The notes under the pieces: generated by a model
Database searches by the model: none
Seen by the model: the letters and a program-made list of their open reading frames with translations, nothing else
What the model was told of the DNA's origin: nothing
Position numbers and translations under genes: made by a program
Shown here: one piece after another, positions 47,791 through 58,157 of the stretch
Numbering within the stretch: position 1 is the stretch's first letter
Layout: every line of letters starts with the position of its first letter
Assembly: GCA_965372795.1 (NCBI GenBank)
Contig: CBDVDR010000002.1
Coordinates: forward strand, 96,001-160,000
Source of the DNA: an uncultured bacterium
GTDB taxonomy: Bacteria; Zixibacteria; MSB-5A5; GN15; FEB-12
Length of the DNA stretch: 64,000 nucleotides
Reading direction: 5' to 3'

Positions 47791-48546
47791 ATGTCAGAAA
47801 AAAATATTAAAATTATAATCGAATATGACGGGTCCGGGTTTTGCGGATGGCAGTCACAGGTTAATCAGAAAACAATTCAGGATGAGATCCTTGAGGCTAT
47901 TTTCAAAGTGACTTCTGAGAAAGTGAATCTAATCGGAGCCGGTCGGACTGATGCCGGGGTTCATGCTTTGGGGCAGACGGCGAATTTTCGAATTGATCAC
48001 CGGCTTGAGCCGGAACAGTATATGAAAGCCTTGAATTATTATTTGCCGGATGAGATCAGGGTGAAATCATCATGTGAAGTATCGTTTGAATTTAATTCCC
48101 GTTTTGATGCCAGATTTAGAAGGTATCGGTATTTGGTTGGGAACGAGAAATCGGCTCTTTATCGTAATTTCCGGTGGGAATATGAGTATGGTCTTGAGTT
48201 TGAAGTACTCAAAAAAGCGGCGAAGATTATTGAGGGCGTGCATGATTTTAAGCCGTTTTGTGTGGTCAGTTCTCAGAAAGAGGACAATCGCTGTACCATA
48301 GAATTCAGTAAATGGTACCAATTTGGACCACTTCTGGTTTATGAAATCAGGGGTAACCGATTTCTACACAGCATGGTACGGTCATTGGTCGGCGCCATGG
48401 TTAATCTGGCTAATCTAAATCCTGATAACAATAAGCTTAACTTGACATTAGACCAGTTTGAGGATATTATAAATTCCCATAATGAAGAAAGAATAATGTT
48501 CACCGCACCGCCTCAGGGATTATATCTTGTGTCGGTGGGATATTAG
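47791..48546 (+). CDS. truA: tRNA pseudouridine(38-40) synthase
   Basis: [39 protein letters not shown] of MSEKN used as start. Confidence 0.95.
   Translation: MSEKNIKIIIEYDGSGFCGWQSQVNQKTIQDEILEAIFKVTSEKVNLIGAGRTDAGVHALGQTANFRIDHRLEPEQYMKALNYYLPDEIRVKSSCEVSFEFNSRFDARFRRYRYLVGNEKSALYRNFRWEYEYGLEFEVLKKAAKIIEGVHDFKPFCVVSSQKEDNRCTIEFSKWYQFGPLLVYEIRGNRFLHSMVRSLVGAMVNLANLNPDNNKLNLTLDQFEDIINSHNEERIMFTAPPQGLYLVSVGY
48442..48470 (+). promoter_or_regulatory. Internal sigma70 promoter in the truA 3' end for the tal-purB operon
   Basis: TTGACA-N17-TATTAT. Confidence 0.5.
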
Positions 48547-48560
48547 AAAAAGGATTTGAA

Positions 48561-49208
48561 ATGAAATTTTTTATCGATACTGCCAACATTGAGCAGATTA
48601 AAGCAGCTTCCGCAATGGGGGTGCTTGACGGAGTAACCACCAACCCATCCTTGGCAGCCAAAGAGTCGATGCCTTATAACGAACTTTTAAAAGAGATTTG
48701 TGCGATAGTACCGGGACCGGTTTCCGCCGAGGTTCTTGCCGTAGAATTTGACGGGATGATGAAAGAAGCTCATGAACTGGCAAAAATTGCGGATAATATT
48801 GTTGTGAAAATTCCAACAATTTTAGAAGGTCTGAAAGCAATTAAAGCTCTTACCGGTGAAGGTATTAGTACCAACGCAACTTTGGTTTTCTCGCCCTCAC
48901 AAGCTTTACTGGTTGCCAAAGCGGGCGCCTCATTTGTGTCACCATTTATTGGACGGCTGGATGATATTTCGACTCATGGCATGGACCTGATTGAACAGAT
49001 CGTGACTATTTATCATAATTATGCATATACCACCGAAGTATTGGTGGCATCGGTCCGACATCCGATTCATGTGGTTGATTCAGCTCTGATCGGGGCTGAT
49101 GTTATTACGATGCCGTTTGATGTAATCAGCAAACTGATCAAGCATCAGTTGACTGATATCGGTTTGGCGAAATTTCTTGAAGATTATAAGAAAGCTCCAA
49201 AAAACTAA
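48561..49208 (+). CDS. tal: Transaldolase / fructose-6-phosphate aldolase (TalC/MipB type)
   Basis: [34 protein letters not shown]. Confidence 0.9.
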   Translation: MKFFIDTANIEQIKAASAMGVLDGVTTNPSLAAKESMPYNELLKEICAIVPGPVSAEVLAVEFDGMMKEAHELAKIADNIVVKIPTILEGLKAIKALTGEGISTNATLVFSPSQALLVAKAGASFVSPFIGRLDDISTHGMDLIEQIVTIYHNYAYTTEVLVASVRHPIHVVDSALIGADVITMPFDVISKLIKHQLTDIGLAKFLEDYKKAPKN

Positions 49209-50503
49209 TGATTGCAAGATATACATTACCGGAGATAGGAAATCTTTGGACGGAAGAGTACAAATATCGCACCTGGCTTGAGGTGGAAGTCGAAGCTGCC
49301 CGAGCTATGGCAAAACATAAGATAATCCCGACTAAGGCTTTTAAAGTTATCGAGAAGAAAGCTGACTTTAAGGTTGACCGGATCAATGAGATTGAGAAAG
49401 AGACCAACCATGATGTGATCGCTTTTTTGACTTCAGTTTCCGAATTTGTCGGTGAAGAGGCTTCTTATTTGCATTTCGGGATGACATCATCGGATGTTTT
49501 AGATACTTCGCTGTCACTGATCATGAAAAGATCAGCAGCCATCATTGATAAAAAAATTGTGGCGGCATTGAAACAGATCAAAAAGCTGGCGGCAAAATAC
49601 AAGATGACTTATTGCATCGGTCGTTCGCACGGGGTTCATGCCGAACCAACGACTCTGGGATTAAAATTTGCAATGTGGTACACCGAGTTGCGCCGCTGTC
49701 ATGAGAATTTTAAAAATGCTACCGAGATAATTTCAGTCGGCAAGATTTCGGGTGCGGTTGGTAATTTTGCGAACCTTGACCCGGTTATAGAAGCAGAGGT
49801 TTGTAAGAAATTAGGTCTGAAACCAGCCGAGGTTTCGACTCAGGTAATTCAGCGTGATCGCCATGCTCAATTTTTGACCGCGATTGCAATTATGGGTTCG
49901 TCACTTGAGAAGTTCGGCACCGAAGTACGGAATCTTCAACGGACCGAAATTAATGAGATGGCGGAAGGATTTGCCAAAGGTCAAAAAGGCTCATCAGCGA
50001 TGCCTCATAAGAAAAACCCGATTACAGCGGAAAGAATTTCGGGGATTGCACGGGTGCTTCGCGGGTATTCACTTTCGGCGATGGAAAATATTCCACTCTG
50101 GCACGAACGGGATATAGCTCATTCATCGGTTGAGCGGGTGATAATACCTGATGCGACAATTTTGGTTGATTACAGCCTTCAGAAATTTAATGATCTTCTT
50201 AAGGGTCTGGTTGTAAATGAAAAACGAATGATTGAGAATATTTATTTCCGGGGCGGGATTGTTTTCTCGCAAAGATTGCTTTTGAAATTATCATCCAAGG
50301 TTGGATCGCGTGATAAAGCTTACCGGATGGTACAGAAAAATGCAATGGATGCCTCCGAAGGAAAAGGTTTGTTTAAAGAGTTAGTAAGAAATGATAAAGA
50401 GATTAATAAATTCATCAACTCTAAAGAGATCGACAGCTGTTTTGATCTGACTTATTATTCAAAAAATGTTAATAAAATTTTTAAACGGGTGTTCACCAAA
50501 TGA
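49208..50503 (+). CDS. purB: Adenylosuccinate lyase
   Basis: HDVIAF, GRSHGVHAEP, GSSAMPHKKNP. Confidence 0.97.
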   Translation: MIARYTLPEIGNLWTEEYKYRTWLEVEVEAARAMAKHKIIPTKAFKVIEKKADFKVDRINEIEKETNHDVIAFLTSVSEFVGEEASYLHFGMTSSDVLDTSLSLIMKRSAAIIDKKIVAALKQIKKLAAKYKMTYCIGRSHGVHAEPTTLGLKFAMWYTELRRCHENFKNATEIISVGKISGAVGNFANLDPVIEAEVCKKLGLKPAEVSTQVIQRDRHAQFLTAIAIMGSSLEKFGTEVRNLQRTEINEMAEGFAKGQKGSSAMPHKKNPITAERISGIARVLRGYSLSAMENIPLWHERDIAHSSVERVIIPDATILVDYSLQKFNDLLKGLVVNEKRMIENIYFRGGIVFSQRLLLKLSSKVGSRDKAYRMVQKNAMDASEGKGLFKELVRNDKEINKFINSKEIDSCFDLTYYSKNVNKIFKRVFTK

Positions 50504-51147
50504 TAGCTCGCGAAGGCTTAATATTTATCTTTAGCGGTGCCTTGATTACCATATTGACGATTTTAGCCGCCAGTCGATGGGATAGCAGGGTGCTGTTTAC
50601 AATAAGTATTATTTTCGGAATATTGACGATTTTTACGACCTTCTTTTTCAGAGACCCCGAACGTTCGTTTACTCCTGAAGATGGGATTTTGATTTCTCCG
50701 GCTGATGGTAAAATTATTGCGATTGATACCCTTTCGAATCATGATTATATCGGCGGCGAAGTAATTAAGGTCTCGATATTTTTATCAGTGTTTAATGTTC
50801 ATATCAATCGTATTCCGGCTGACGGGGTAATTGATTATGTGAAGTATAACCCAGGAAAGTTTTTTGCAGCCTTTGAAGATAAAGCCTCGGAACTGAATGA
50901 ACAGACCGAATTTGGCATGACGACTAAATCCGGTTCCAAGATTGTCTTTAAGCAGATAGCCGGATTGATTGCTCGCCGGATAATCTATAATTTGAATGAG
51001 AATGATGTTGTAACAGCGGGTGACAGGTTCGGATTGATCCGATTTGGTTCCAGGATGGAGCTATTTGTCCCAGCCGGAACGGAACTTCTTGTAAAAACCG
51101 GTGATATTGTCAAAGGAAGTGAAACAATAGTCGGGTATCTTAAGTAG
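50500..51147 (+). CDS. psd: Phosphatidylserine decarboxylase proenzyme
   Basis: FFRDPER, SPADG, VHINR.P, QIAG..ARRI, RFGSR. Confidence 0.93.
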   Translation: MIAREGLIFIFSGALITILTILAASRWDSRVLFTISIIFGILTIFTTFFFRDPERSFTPEDGILISPADGKIIAIDTLSNHDYIGGEVIKVSIFLSVFNVHINRIPADGVIDYVKYNPGKFFAAFEDKASELNEQTEFGMTTKSGSKIVFKQIAGLIARRIIYNLNENDVVTAGDRFGLIRFGSRMELFVPAGTELLVKTGDIVKGSETIVGYLK

Positions 51148-51157
51148 AAAGAGTTAG

Positions 51158-51943
51158 ATGATGGTTCCAACTCCACAGCCATACAAGACCAATTATCGCG
51201 GAATATTTCCGGGTACATTTACAATGGGGAATGTTGTCTGCGGGTTTCTGGCTATTCTGTCAGCTTTTGAAGGGAATATAACAACTGCCTGCTGGTTTAT
51301 AATTTTAGCGGCATTTTTAGATGCGCTGGACGGCAAGGTGGCAAGGTTGAGCGGTGGAACTTCCCAGTTTGGAGTCGAGCTTGATTCGCTGGCAGATTTT
51401 CTATCTTTTGGAGTAGCTCCGGCTGTTATAGTTTATGCTACCAAATTAAACTCACTTGGTAAGTGGGGCTGGATAATTTCGGTTGTTTATATAATGGCGG
51501 CGGCTTACCGGTTGGCGAGGTTTAATCTGTTTGCCGATACCGATGAGAAAAAAGGTTTTGTGGGATTGGCTGTGCCGGCGGCTGCGATTGCGCTGGTGAC
51601 TTATTTAATTTTCAGCTATTTCCTCTGGGGACAACTTGAGTATGGCGAACTTTTAGTTTCCATGATAATTTTACTGTCAATATTAATGATTTCTCAGGTG
51701 CCATATGACAGTTTTCCTGATAAGTTTGATACTCCTCAGAATCGGGTAAAACTGATTGTGATGGTCGTGGCCGGGATACTTATTTTGTTCAAGCCAAGAC
51801 TGCTGTTGTTTCCGTTGATTTCATTATATATATTATTTGGGATGGGTAGAGAAATGTATCGATTGCTGCACAAAGGAGTAGGGAAAGTTACCCGTCGTGC
51901 GGTAGAAAATCGTAATAATTATAAGGACAATAATAATGAGTAA
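51158..51943 (+). CDS. pssA: CDP-diacylglycerol--serine O-phosphatidyltransferase
   Basis: D.LDG.VAR....S.FG.ELDSLAD..SFGVAP; RLARFN. Confidence 0.93.
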   Translation: MMVPTPQPYKTNYRGIFPGTFTMGNVVCGFLAILSAFEGNITTACWFIILAAFLDALDGKVARLSGGTSQFGVELDSLADFLSFGVAPAVIVYATKLNSLGKWGWIISVVYIMAAAYRLARFNLFADTDEKKGFVGLAVPAAAIALVTYLIFSYFLWGQLEYGELLVSMIILLSILMISQVPYDSFPDKFDTPQNRVKLIVMVVAGILILFKPRLLLFPLISLYILFGMGREMYRLLHKGVGKVTRRAVENRNNYKDNNNE

Positions 51944-52184
51944 CCATAGTAAAGCAATTGTTCATGTCCGTTTAAAAGAGGGCGTGCTGGATCCTCAGGG
52001 AGTAACGATCCATAAAGCTCTCGGTCAAATGGGGTATGACGAATTTGAATCGGTTAAAACAGGTAGGTTTTTTGAACTGGAAATTAAGGCTGATGCAAAA
52101 GATGTAGATAAAAAGATTGAGGAAGTCTGTTCAAAATTACTTGCCAATCCGGTAATTGAAAATTTTGAAGTGGAGAAAATCTGA
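51936..52184 (+). CDS. purS: FGAM synthase subunit PurS
   Basis: LKEGVLDPQG...LLANPVIE. Confidence 0.95.
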   Translation: MSNHSKAIVHVRLKEGVLDPQGVTIHKALGQMGYDEFESVKTGRFFELEIKADAKDVDKKIEEVCSKLLANPVIENFEVEKI

Positions 52185-52897
52185 TGAAAGTCGGCGTTGT
52201 AACATTTCCCGGTTCCAATTGTGATTATGATGCTTATGCGGCGGTAAAGGATGTTCTGAAAGAGGAAGTAGAATTTTTATGGCATAAATCATCCGATCTG
52301 TTAGGGAGCGATATGGTTATTCTGCCGGGCGGTTTTTCTTATGGTGATTATCTCCGCGCCGGTTCTATTGCGAAATTCTCGCCCTTGATGGAAGAAGTGA
52401 TTAAGTTTGGTAAAAGCGGCGGACTGGTTGTGGGAATCTGTAACGGATTTCAGATTTTGACCGAAAGCGGACTTTTGCCCGGAGCTTTGATTCGGAATTC
52501 TCATTTGCGTTTCAGTTGTAAATATGTTTATCTGAGAGTTGAAAATAATAAATCTACTTATACAAATTGTTGTGATGAGGGTGAAGTATTAAAAATCCCG
52601 ATTGCTCATGGTGAGGGGAATTATTATGATTTTGGCGATCAGGTTAAAGAGCTTGAAGATAACAACCAGGTAATATTCAGGTATTGCGAACCGGATGGCA
52701 GTCTTAGTGACGATGCCAACCCGAATGGATCGCTAAACAATATCGCCGGAATTTGTAATAAAGAAGGTAATATTCTTGGGATGATGCCTCATCCTGAACG
52801 AGCGGTTGAGGATATTCTTGGATCAAGCGACGGCATAAAAGTATTTCAATCGGTAAAATCTTTTCTTAACCGTAGTAAAACTGTAGGTGTCAATTGA
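52184..52897 (+). CDS. purQ: FGAM synthase glutaminase subunit PurQ
   Basis: FPGSNCD, GGFSYGDYLR, GICNGFQ, MPHPER. Confidence 0.97.
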   Translation: MKVGVVTFPGSNCDYDAYAAVKDVLKEEVEFLWHKSSDLLGSDMVILPGGFSYGDYLRAGSIAKFSPLMEEVIKFGKSGGLVVGICNGFQILTESGLLPGALIRNSHLRFSCKYVYLRVENNKSTYTNCCDEGEVLKIPIAHGEGNYYDFGDQVKELEDNNQVIFRYCEPDGSLSDDANPNGSLNNIAGICNKEGNILGMMPHPERAVEDILGSSDGIKVFQSVKSFLNRSKTVGVN

Positions 52898-53160
52898 AGA
52901 ATCGAGAAGTAACTTTTATTATTATTGCTCTTTTACTGGGTGCAATAATCGGCGGCGTGGTTGGCGATGTGATCGGCTCATATCTTCCTCCAAGTGCGGC
53001 TAAGACATTATTTACCAAGGCAATAGAGGTAGGGATAAATACTTTTAAAGTCGATTTTTACGCTATATCCTTTACTTTCGGGCTGATGTTTAAAATAAAT
53101 TTTATGTCGGTCTTGTTTGTTCTGTTAGTTATTGTATATTTCAAATGGTGGTATTTATAA
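52894..53160 (+). CDS. Small membrane protein (DUF4321-like)
   Basis: LLGAIIGGVVG...ISFTFGLMFKIN pattern. Confidence 0.65.
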   Translation: MKNREVTFIIIALLLGAIIGGVVGDVIGSYLPPSAAKTLFTKAIEVGINTFKVDFYAISFTFGLMFKINFMSVLFVLLVIVYFKWWYL

Positions 53161-53184
53161 ATTTTATATAGATCGGAGGCTAAC

Positions 53185-53406
53185 ATGTTTGGCATGGGTC
53201 CCTGGGAACTTCTTGTAGTATTTTTAGTCATATTACTCCTGTTCGGCGCAAAGCGATTACCTGAAATCGCACAGGGTATGGGTAAAGGTATCAAGGAATT
53301 TCGCAAAGCAATGAAAGACACAACCGCAGAGATCAAAGGTTCTATGAATGAAGAAGAAGAGCCTGCGAAACCTGTTGAAAAAACTGATAATTCTAATACC
53401 AAGTAG
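53185..53406 (+). CDS. tatA: Twin-arginine translocase TatA
   Basis: G..EL.....LLLFGAKRLPE...GMGKGIKEFRK. Confidence 0.95.
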   Translation: MFGMGPWELLVVFLVILLLFGAKRLPEIAQGMGKGIKEFRKAMKDTTAEIKGSMNEEEEPAKPVEKTDNSNTK

Positions 53407-53430
53407 AATTGATCATTAAAACTTACTTAT

Positions 53431-53883
53431 ATGAAGTTTACAAAAGAAGATGTATTAAAAATTGCTCCAGTGGTTGAATGCAGCAATGTCGCTTATCAGA
53501 CAGATCATTATCGTTTGAAGGTTGTAAATGCTGATGACAATCGAGAATTAGTTTTGGAGATTTATCCTGAGACCAGTTTTGGCAAATCGCGCGGAGCTTT
53601 GGTTGTTGTCTATACCGGTAATTCTCATTTACAACTGCATAATTGCACCGGTTACGTAATATCGGCGGAATTGGGCGAGATTACTTTTATCGCTGAAACA
53701 GAACATCGACTTTCCGGTTTGGTTGTTGAAAAAGGCGCTTCGGCTTCGCTGTATGCCGCTTTGAACCGGGATTTGATTTCATCTGACTTTACTCAGCTGG
53801 GAGTAGAGGTAATGCTTTCGGGGGTGGCACTTTCATTGGCGGAAGAAATTCTGGGTGATGAAAATAAAATTGATGAAGATTGA
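53431..53883 (+). CDS. Hypothetical protein
   Basis: 150-aa ORF at operon end with host-like composition. Confidence 0.7.
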   Translation: MKFTKEDVLKIAPVVECSNVAYQTDHYRLKVVNADDNRELVLEIYPETSFGKSRGALVVVYTGNSHLQLHNCTGYVISAELGEITFIAETEHRLSGLVVEKGASASLYAALNRDLISSDFTQLGVEVMLSGVALSLAEEILGDENKIDED

Positions 53884-53898
53884 TAAATTTTAGAATTT

Positions 53899-53932
53899 AA
53901 AAAACCGCTGTAATTTTACAGCGGTTTTTTTT
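53899..53932. terminator. Bidirectional Rho-independent terminator
   Basis: AAAAAACCGCTGTAA-t-TTTACAGCGGTTTTTT between convergent operons. Confidence 0.85.
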
Positions 53933-53940
53933 ATGTCAAA

Positions 53941-56412
53941 TTATTTGTGAGTAAAAGCCTCAACAAATTCAGCCAGATCGTTAGTGATGTCGGATGCTTT
54001 CTGGTATCTGTCCTGAGGTTTCTTGCTGAGAGCTTTGGCCACGATATGATCAAACAGAAGCGGAATTTGCGGACGAATATTTGATGGTTTTTCCGGGTCC
54101 TTATTTAAAATAGAATAAATAAGCGAAGTAATGTTTTCACCTTTGAACGGTCGTTTTCCGATCAGAAGTTCATACATGACCACACCCAGAGAAAACAGAT
54201 CGGAACGGTTGTCGACTCTTAGTCCCTGGAGTTGTTCCGGTGAGATATAGTTTGGAGTTCCCATCGCTATGCCTGTTTTAGTCATTGAGCTTGACTCAAT
54301 GCGGGCGATGCCGAAGTCCATGACCTTGACCTGATAGTTCTGCAGAATCATAATATTTGCCGGTTTAATATCTCTATGGACGATATTTTTAGAATGGGCA
54401 TATTCGAGCGCCGAGCAAATCTGCATAATAATTTGCGATATTATTTTGTAATTGAAGTTGGTCTTCCTTTTGATCATCTCTTCAAGCGTCTGACCTTCAA
54501 GACATTCCATCGCGATATATTGTAAACTTCCTTCTGAACCAACATCATAAATAGTGACAATGTTCGGATGTGAAAGTTTGCCGACCGCTTGAGCTTCCTG
54601 TTGCAGACGGGTTTTGAGTTCTTCCATCTCTTCAGGGTCATTGATGAAATCGAGTCTGATAGTTTTTAAGGCGACCGGACGATTTATAGCCGGGTCGATA
54701 CCTTTGTAGACATGACCCATAGCGCCTTTGCCTAAGGTGCCTACGATTTGATATCTGCCCAGATTCGTTAACGATCCTGCGGTCGGAGTGGCAGAATGTT
54801 TCAGTGAATTCGCTGAATCGTTGGTGAGCCGTTTTACTTTTTCAGAATCGGATAGAGAATCATGATGAGTAGACACAATACCGAGGTCATCATTTCCTGA
54901 ATCAAAGTTATCCGGTGAATCCTCGATAGGCTTATCAAAGTTTACGGCAGTTTTGGATTCCGGAATAATTGTTTCGGACTCTTCGCCAGAAATATCAATA
55001 GCCGTATGATCTTCAATATAATCGGCATCCGATTTTGAAGCCTGGGAAATCATCTCTGTCTTATGCCAATCTTCATCAGCCTCTGATTCTTTTAACTCAC
55101 GAGTTTTAACTGGAGTCTTGTCGGCATCATCCAGATTGATTTTCGGCAATGATTTTTTAGAAGATTTTTTATCTGCCTGTTCTCCGGTGACCAGTTCGCT
55201 GTCTAAGATAGGTGAAATAAACATAAATAAGAGTAATTCCAAACCAAGATAGACAGTTTCTACGATAAGATTAAAGGAACTGAACAGGAAATAATTTACA
55301 TTAGCCAGGATCACAAAACCGCAGAATAATATTACCATGCGGTATAAGATTGAAACCTGGGGCAGGATAAAGGCACAAAGACCACCTAACACAAATAACA
55401 TTAACATCGTCATAGCTGTCATGTCAGTTTTGTGAGTCAGCAGGTTATTGTTAATTATGTTTTCAATAATAGTAGCGCGGACAATATGCTGGGGAGTTTC
55501 AAGTTCGAGCGGCGTTTGGAACATTTCGGTATAGTTGTAGTCGTTGACACAGATCAATACAAGTTTGTTTTTGAAGAGACTAAAGTTAAAGCCATCTTCA
55601 AGCACTTTTGCAGCGGAGAAACTTTGGAAAGGATTGCCCCTAGAGAAATTGATATACATTTCGCTTCTGGAGTTTATCGGAATTGTGATTTTGCTGCCAA
55701 GTTCGATGTTGACACCTTCATTAACCTGCACCATATCAAAAGGGATTTTCAGGAAGTTGGTTGCGGCAATTAATGACAGGGAAGGGTAGTAATAACCTTC
55801 ATAATTCATAGTCAGGGCTTGATGTCTTAGGATACGGTCATCATCCGGCATGATATATTCAAAGCCTAATTGAGGATCGGTTTTCAGAATTTTTAAAGCC
55901 GGCAGGAAAGTTTTTCTAACGAGCAGACTTGAGCTTTCGTTCATTAATCCCAACGGATTACTAACCTGCATAGAATAATTAAAGAGGTATTCCGGATTAT
56001 TGGTTTTACTGCTGCGGTAACTTGCCAGAGCGATATCATAGGGGAATACTATGTTTTTGATCCAGCTGAGTTGTCCGGCGAGGATGTTTGTATAGCCGGC
56101 AGAATCCTGGTAGGCATTTTCAGCCAGAGGGAAATCGACCACAATAGTTTTCGGTTCGGCGGCTGCGGTGGCGGCTAACAAGTCGGCAATCAGGTCCCGA
56201 TTCCAGGGCCAGGCTCCATATTTGTCGATGGATTGAGCATCAATATTTACTAACACAATATTTTGTTTACGGCCTTCATCGGCAGTAAAACTGCTGAACG
56301 AATCATCAACCCACCTTTGCAGGTTGTTCATCGGTCCGAAATTGTTTGCATATAGTAATACTACCAGTACCGATGTTAGCAAATACATTATATATGAGTA
56401 ATACTTTTTCAT
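53941..56412 (-). CDS. Membrane Ser/Thr (Hanks-type) protein kinase with N-terminal CHASE2 sensor
   Basis: IVLVNID..S....G.WPW.R (CHASE2); 3 TM; GKGAMG, VALK, HRDIKPAN, DFG, GTPNYISPEQ. Confidence 0.92.
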   Translation of the reverse strand: MKKYYSYIMYLLTSVLVVLLYANNFGPMNNLQRWVDDSFSSFTADEGRKQNIVLVNIDAQSIDKYGAWPWNRDLIADLLAATAAAEPKTIVVDFPLAENAYQDSAGYTNILAGQLSWIKNIVFPYDIALASYRSSKTNNPEYLFNYSMQVSNPLGLMNESSSLLVRKTFLPALKILKTDPQLGFEYIMPDDDRILRHQALTMNYEGYYYPSLSLIAATNFLKIPFDMVQVNEGVNIELGSKITIPINSRSEMYINFSRGNPFQSFSAAKVLEDGFNFSLFKNKLVLICVNDYNYTEMFQTPLELETPQHIVRATIIENIINNNLLTHKTDMTAMTMLMLFVLGGLCAFILPQVSILYRMVILFCGFVILANVNYFLFSSFNLIVETVYLGLELLLFMFISPILDSELVTGEQADKKSSKKSLPKINLDDADKTPVKTRELKESEADEDWHKTEMISQASKSDADYIEDHTAIDISGEESETIIPESKTAVNFDKPIEDSPDNFDSGNDDLGIVSTHHDSLSDSEKVKRLTNDSANSLKHSATPTAGSLTNLGRYQIVGTLGKGAMGHVYKGIDPAINRPVALKTIRLDFINDPEEMEELKTRLQQEAQAVGKLSHPNIVTIYDVGSEGSLQYIAMECLEGQTLEEMIKRKTNFNYKIISQIIMQICSALEYAHSKNIVHRDIKPANIMILQNYQVKVMDFGIARIESSSMTKTGIAMGTPNYISPEQLQGLRVDNRSDLFSLGVVMYELLIGKRPFKGENITSLIYSILNKDPEKPSNIRPQIPLLFDHIVAKALSKKPQDRYQKASDITNDLAEFVEAFTHK

Positions 56413-56425
56413 CAGTCTCCTCGCT

Positions 56426-57154
56426 TTATCTTCCGATGGATAAACGATCTATTAAAACTTTGGGCAAGGCTGCCTTTTCCATTTTTGCTTGTGTAGTTTT
56501 CACATCATATTCAACACGGTTGAAATATATATCCCACTCTTCGGTATCAACGATAACGTATGATGCTCTTGGGTCGTTATCGCGTGGCTGACCAACTGAT
56601 CCGACATTTATAATGTACCTATAATCAGGGTCCATGATGAAGTTATGACCAATTTTGAGTCGCGGGGCTTCACCTTTAATTTCGGTAAATATCATCGGTA
56701 AATGAGAGTGTCCTATAAAACAGTTATGTTCTCTGAGACTTTCAAAGGCTAAGGTTGCCTGTTCGGTGTTAAGAATATAATTCCAGTCTTTCGGACGATA
56801 GGGGGAAGAGTGAATAAGTAAACAATTTTCGATGACTGACTGAATTTGAAATTCTTCAATAATCGCAAGTTCAAAATCCGTAATCTCTTTACGGGTCCAT
56901 TGGTAGGAAATCTGGGCGGCATTATTACACTTTTCCATTGGGATAATGCCCAGCATCATGAATTCATGATTGCCGACAAGTTTTATGTCGCAATTTTTAT
57001 TTATTAAATCGAGACATTCTCTGGGATTGCTGCCATACCCGACTACATCACCGAGGCAATGAATTTTATCAACCTTTTGTTTTTCAAGGTCGGAAAGGAC
57101 AGCAGTCAGGGCTTCCAAGTTTCCATGGATGTCAGATATAAGTGCAAATCGCAT
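56426..57154 (-). CDS. Calcineurin-like metallophosphoesterase (PPP-like)
   Basis: SDIHGN, LGDVVGYG, GNHE, GHSH, NVGSVGQPRD. Confidence 0.9.
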   Translation of the reverse strand: MRFALISDIHGNLEALTAVLSDLEKQKVDKIHCLGDVVGYGSNPRECLDLINKNCDIKLVGNHEFMMLGIIPMEKCNNAAQISYQWTRKEITDFELAIIEEFQIQSVIENCLLIHSSPYRPKDWNYILNTEQATLAFESLREHNCFIGHSHLPMIFTEIKGEAPRLKIGHNFIMDPDYRYIINVGSVGQPRDNDPRASYVIVDTEEWDIYFNRVEYDVKTTQAKMEKAALPKVLIDRLSIGR

Positions 57155-57158
57155 CTAT

Positions 57159-57851
57159 TTATTTCCCTTCGACAAACTTAAAAGTAGATTTTCCAACCGA
57201 AATGATATCACCATTTTTTAACACACATTGTTCAATCGGTTCACCGTTGACCTGAGTTTTACCTTTTTTGCCAAGGTTTACCATCGAATATAAATTATCT
57301 TCTTTAACCAGTTTTGCCTGAATCCCGGAGAGCCAGAATCCTTTTACTCGTACGTGGCAAAATTTTGCTTTACCAAAAGTGGTCACATCACGATCAATTC
57401 TGAACTCAGAAAAATCGGCGTTTTCTTCACCGATGAGAACCGAGCCGTCATGCTTGGAAACGATCTCTTTTTCCATGCGGTCGTTTTCAATCATTTTTTT
57501 CTGTTTCTTAGTGTTAAGAACCATGGTTCCGTCAAAATCAGCAACTCCGTCAGCTTCCTGTGAGCTTTGGTTGTGGTAAATAAGATTGTATTTTCCGATT
57601 GTGATAACGTCGTCGTCCCGTAAAACTTCTTCATTAACCTTGCGGTTATTTACAAAAGTTCCGTTCAAGGATTCGTTATCAATAATCACAGCAGCATTAT
57701 TGTTAAATTCAATGAGGGCATGTTTTCTTGAGACGCCGCGGTTTTCGAGGACTATGTCGTTTTCATTGGTGCGACCGATAGAGAGTCTTTTTTTCTCGGT
57801 CACTATCCGTTCAACGACTTTATCTTCATATTTGACAATGATTTCTGCCAT
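57159..57851 (-). CDS. Tandem FHA-domain protein
   Basis: IGR...DI......VSRKHA...S.NGTFVN (canonical FHA) plus a second, degenerate FHA. Confidence 0.9.
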   Translation of the reverse strand: MAEIIVKYEDKVVERIVTEKKRLSIGRTNENDIVLENRGVSRKHALIEFNNNAAVIIDNESLNGTFVNNRKVNEEVLRDDDVITIGKYNLIYHNQSSQEADGVADFDGTMVLNTKKQKKMIENDRMEKEIVSKHDGSVLIGEENADFSEFRIDRDVTTFGKAKFCHVRVKGFWLSGIQAKLVKEDNLYSMVNLGKKGKTQVNGEPIEQCVLKNGDIISVGKSTFKFVEGK

Positions 57852-58157
57852 CAGAAAATCCTTTCATATATTTAATACATTATTTTTAAGCAGTTTCGAT
57901 CCATATTTAATAGTGGTTTGAATCGAAATTATCGCCATTCTGATTTATTCTTTTATCGGCATCTGGTTTTTAAACTTAAATAATGGTTATTGTTTCGGAT
58001 CAACTTTTAGAACCATTGGGGCGTAAATTAGGATAGTTGTTATCTCTGTTCAAATACTGAACAGGTAATATGTTCTGAAAATGGTTGCCCAGGATCGTAA
58101 AGGAATATATATTGTTCGGAATTGTGTTAAGTAACTATGTATATATAGGATAGATAA

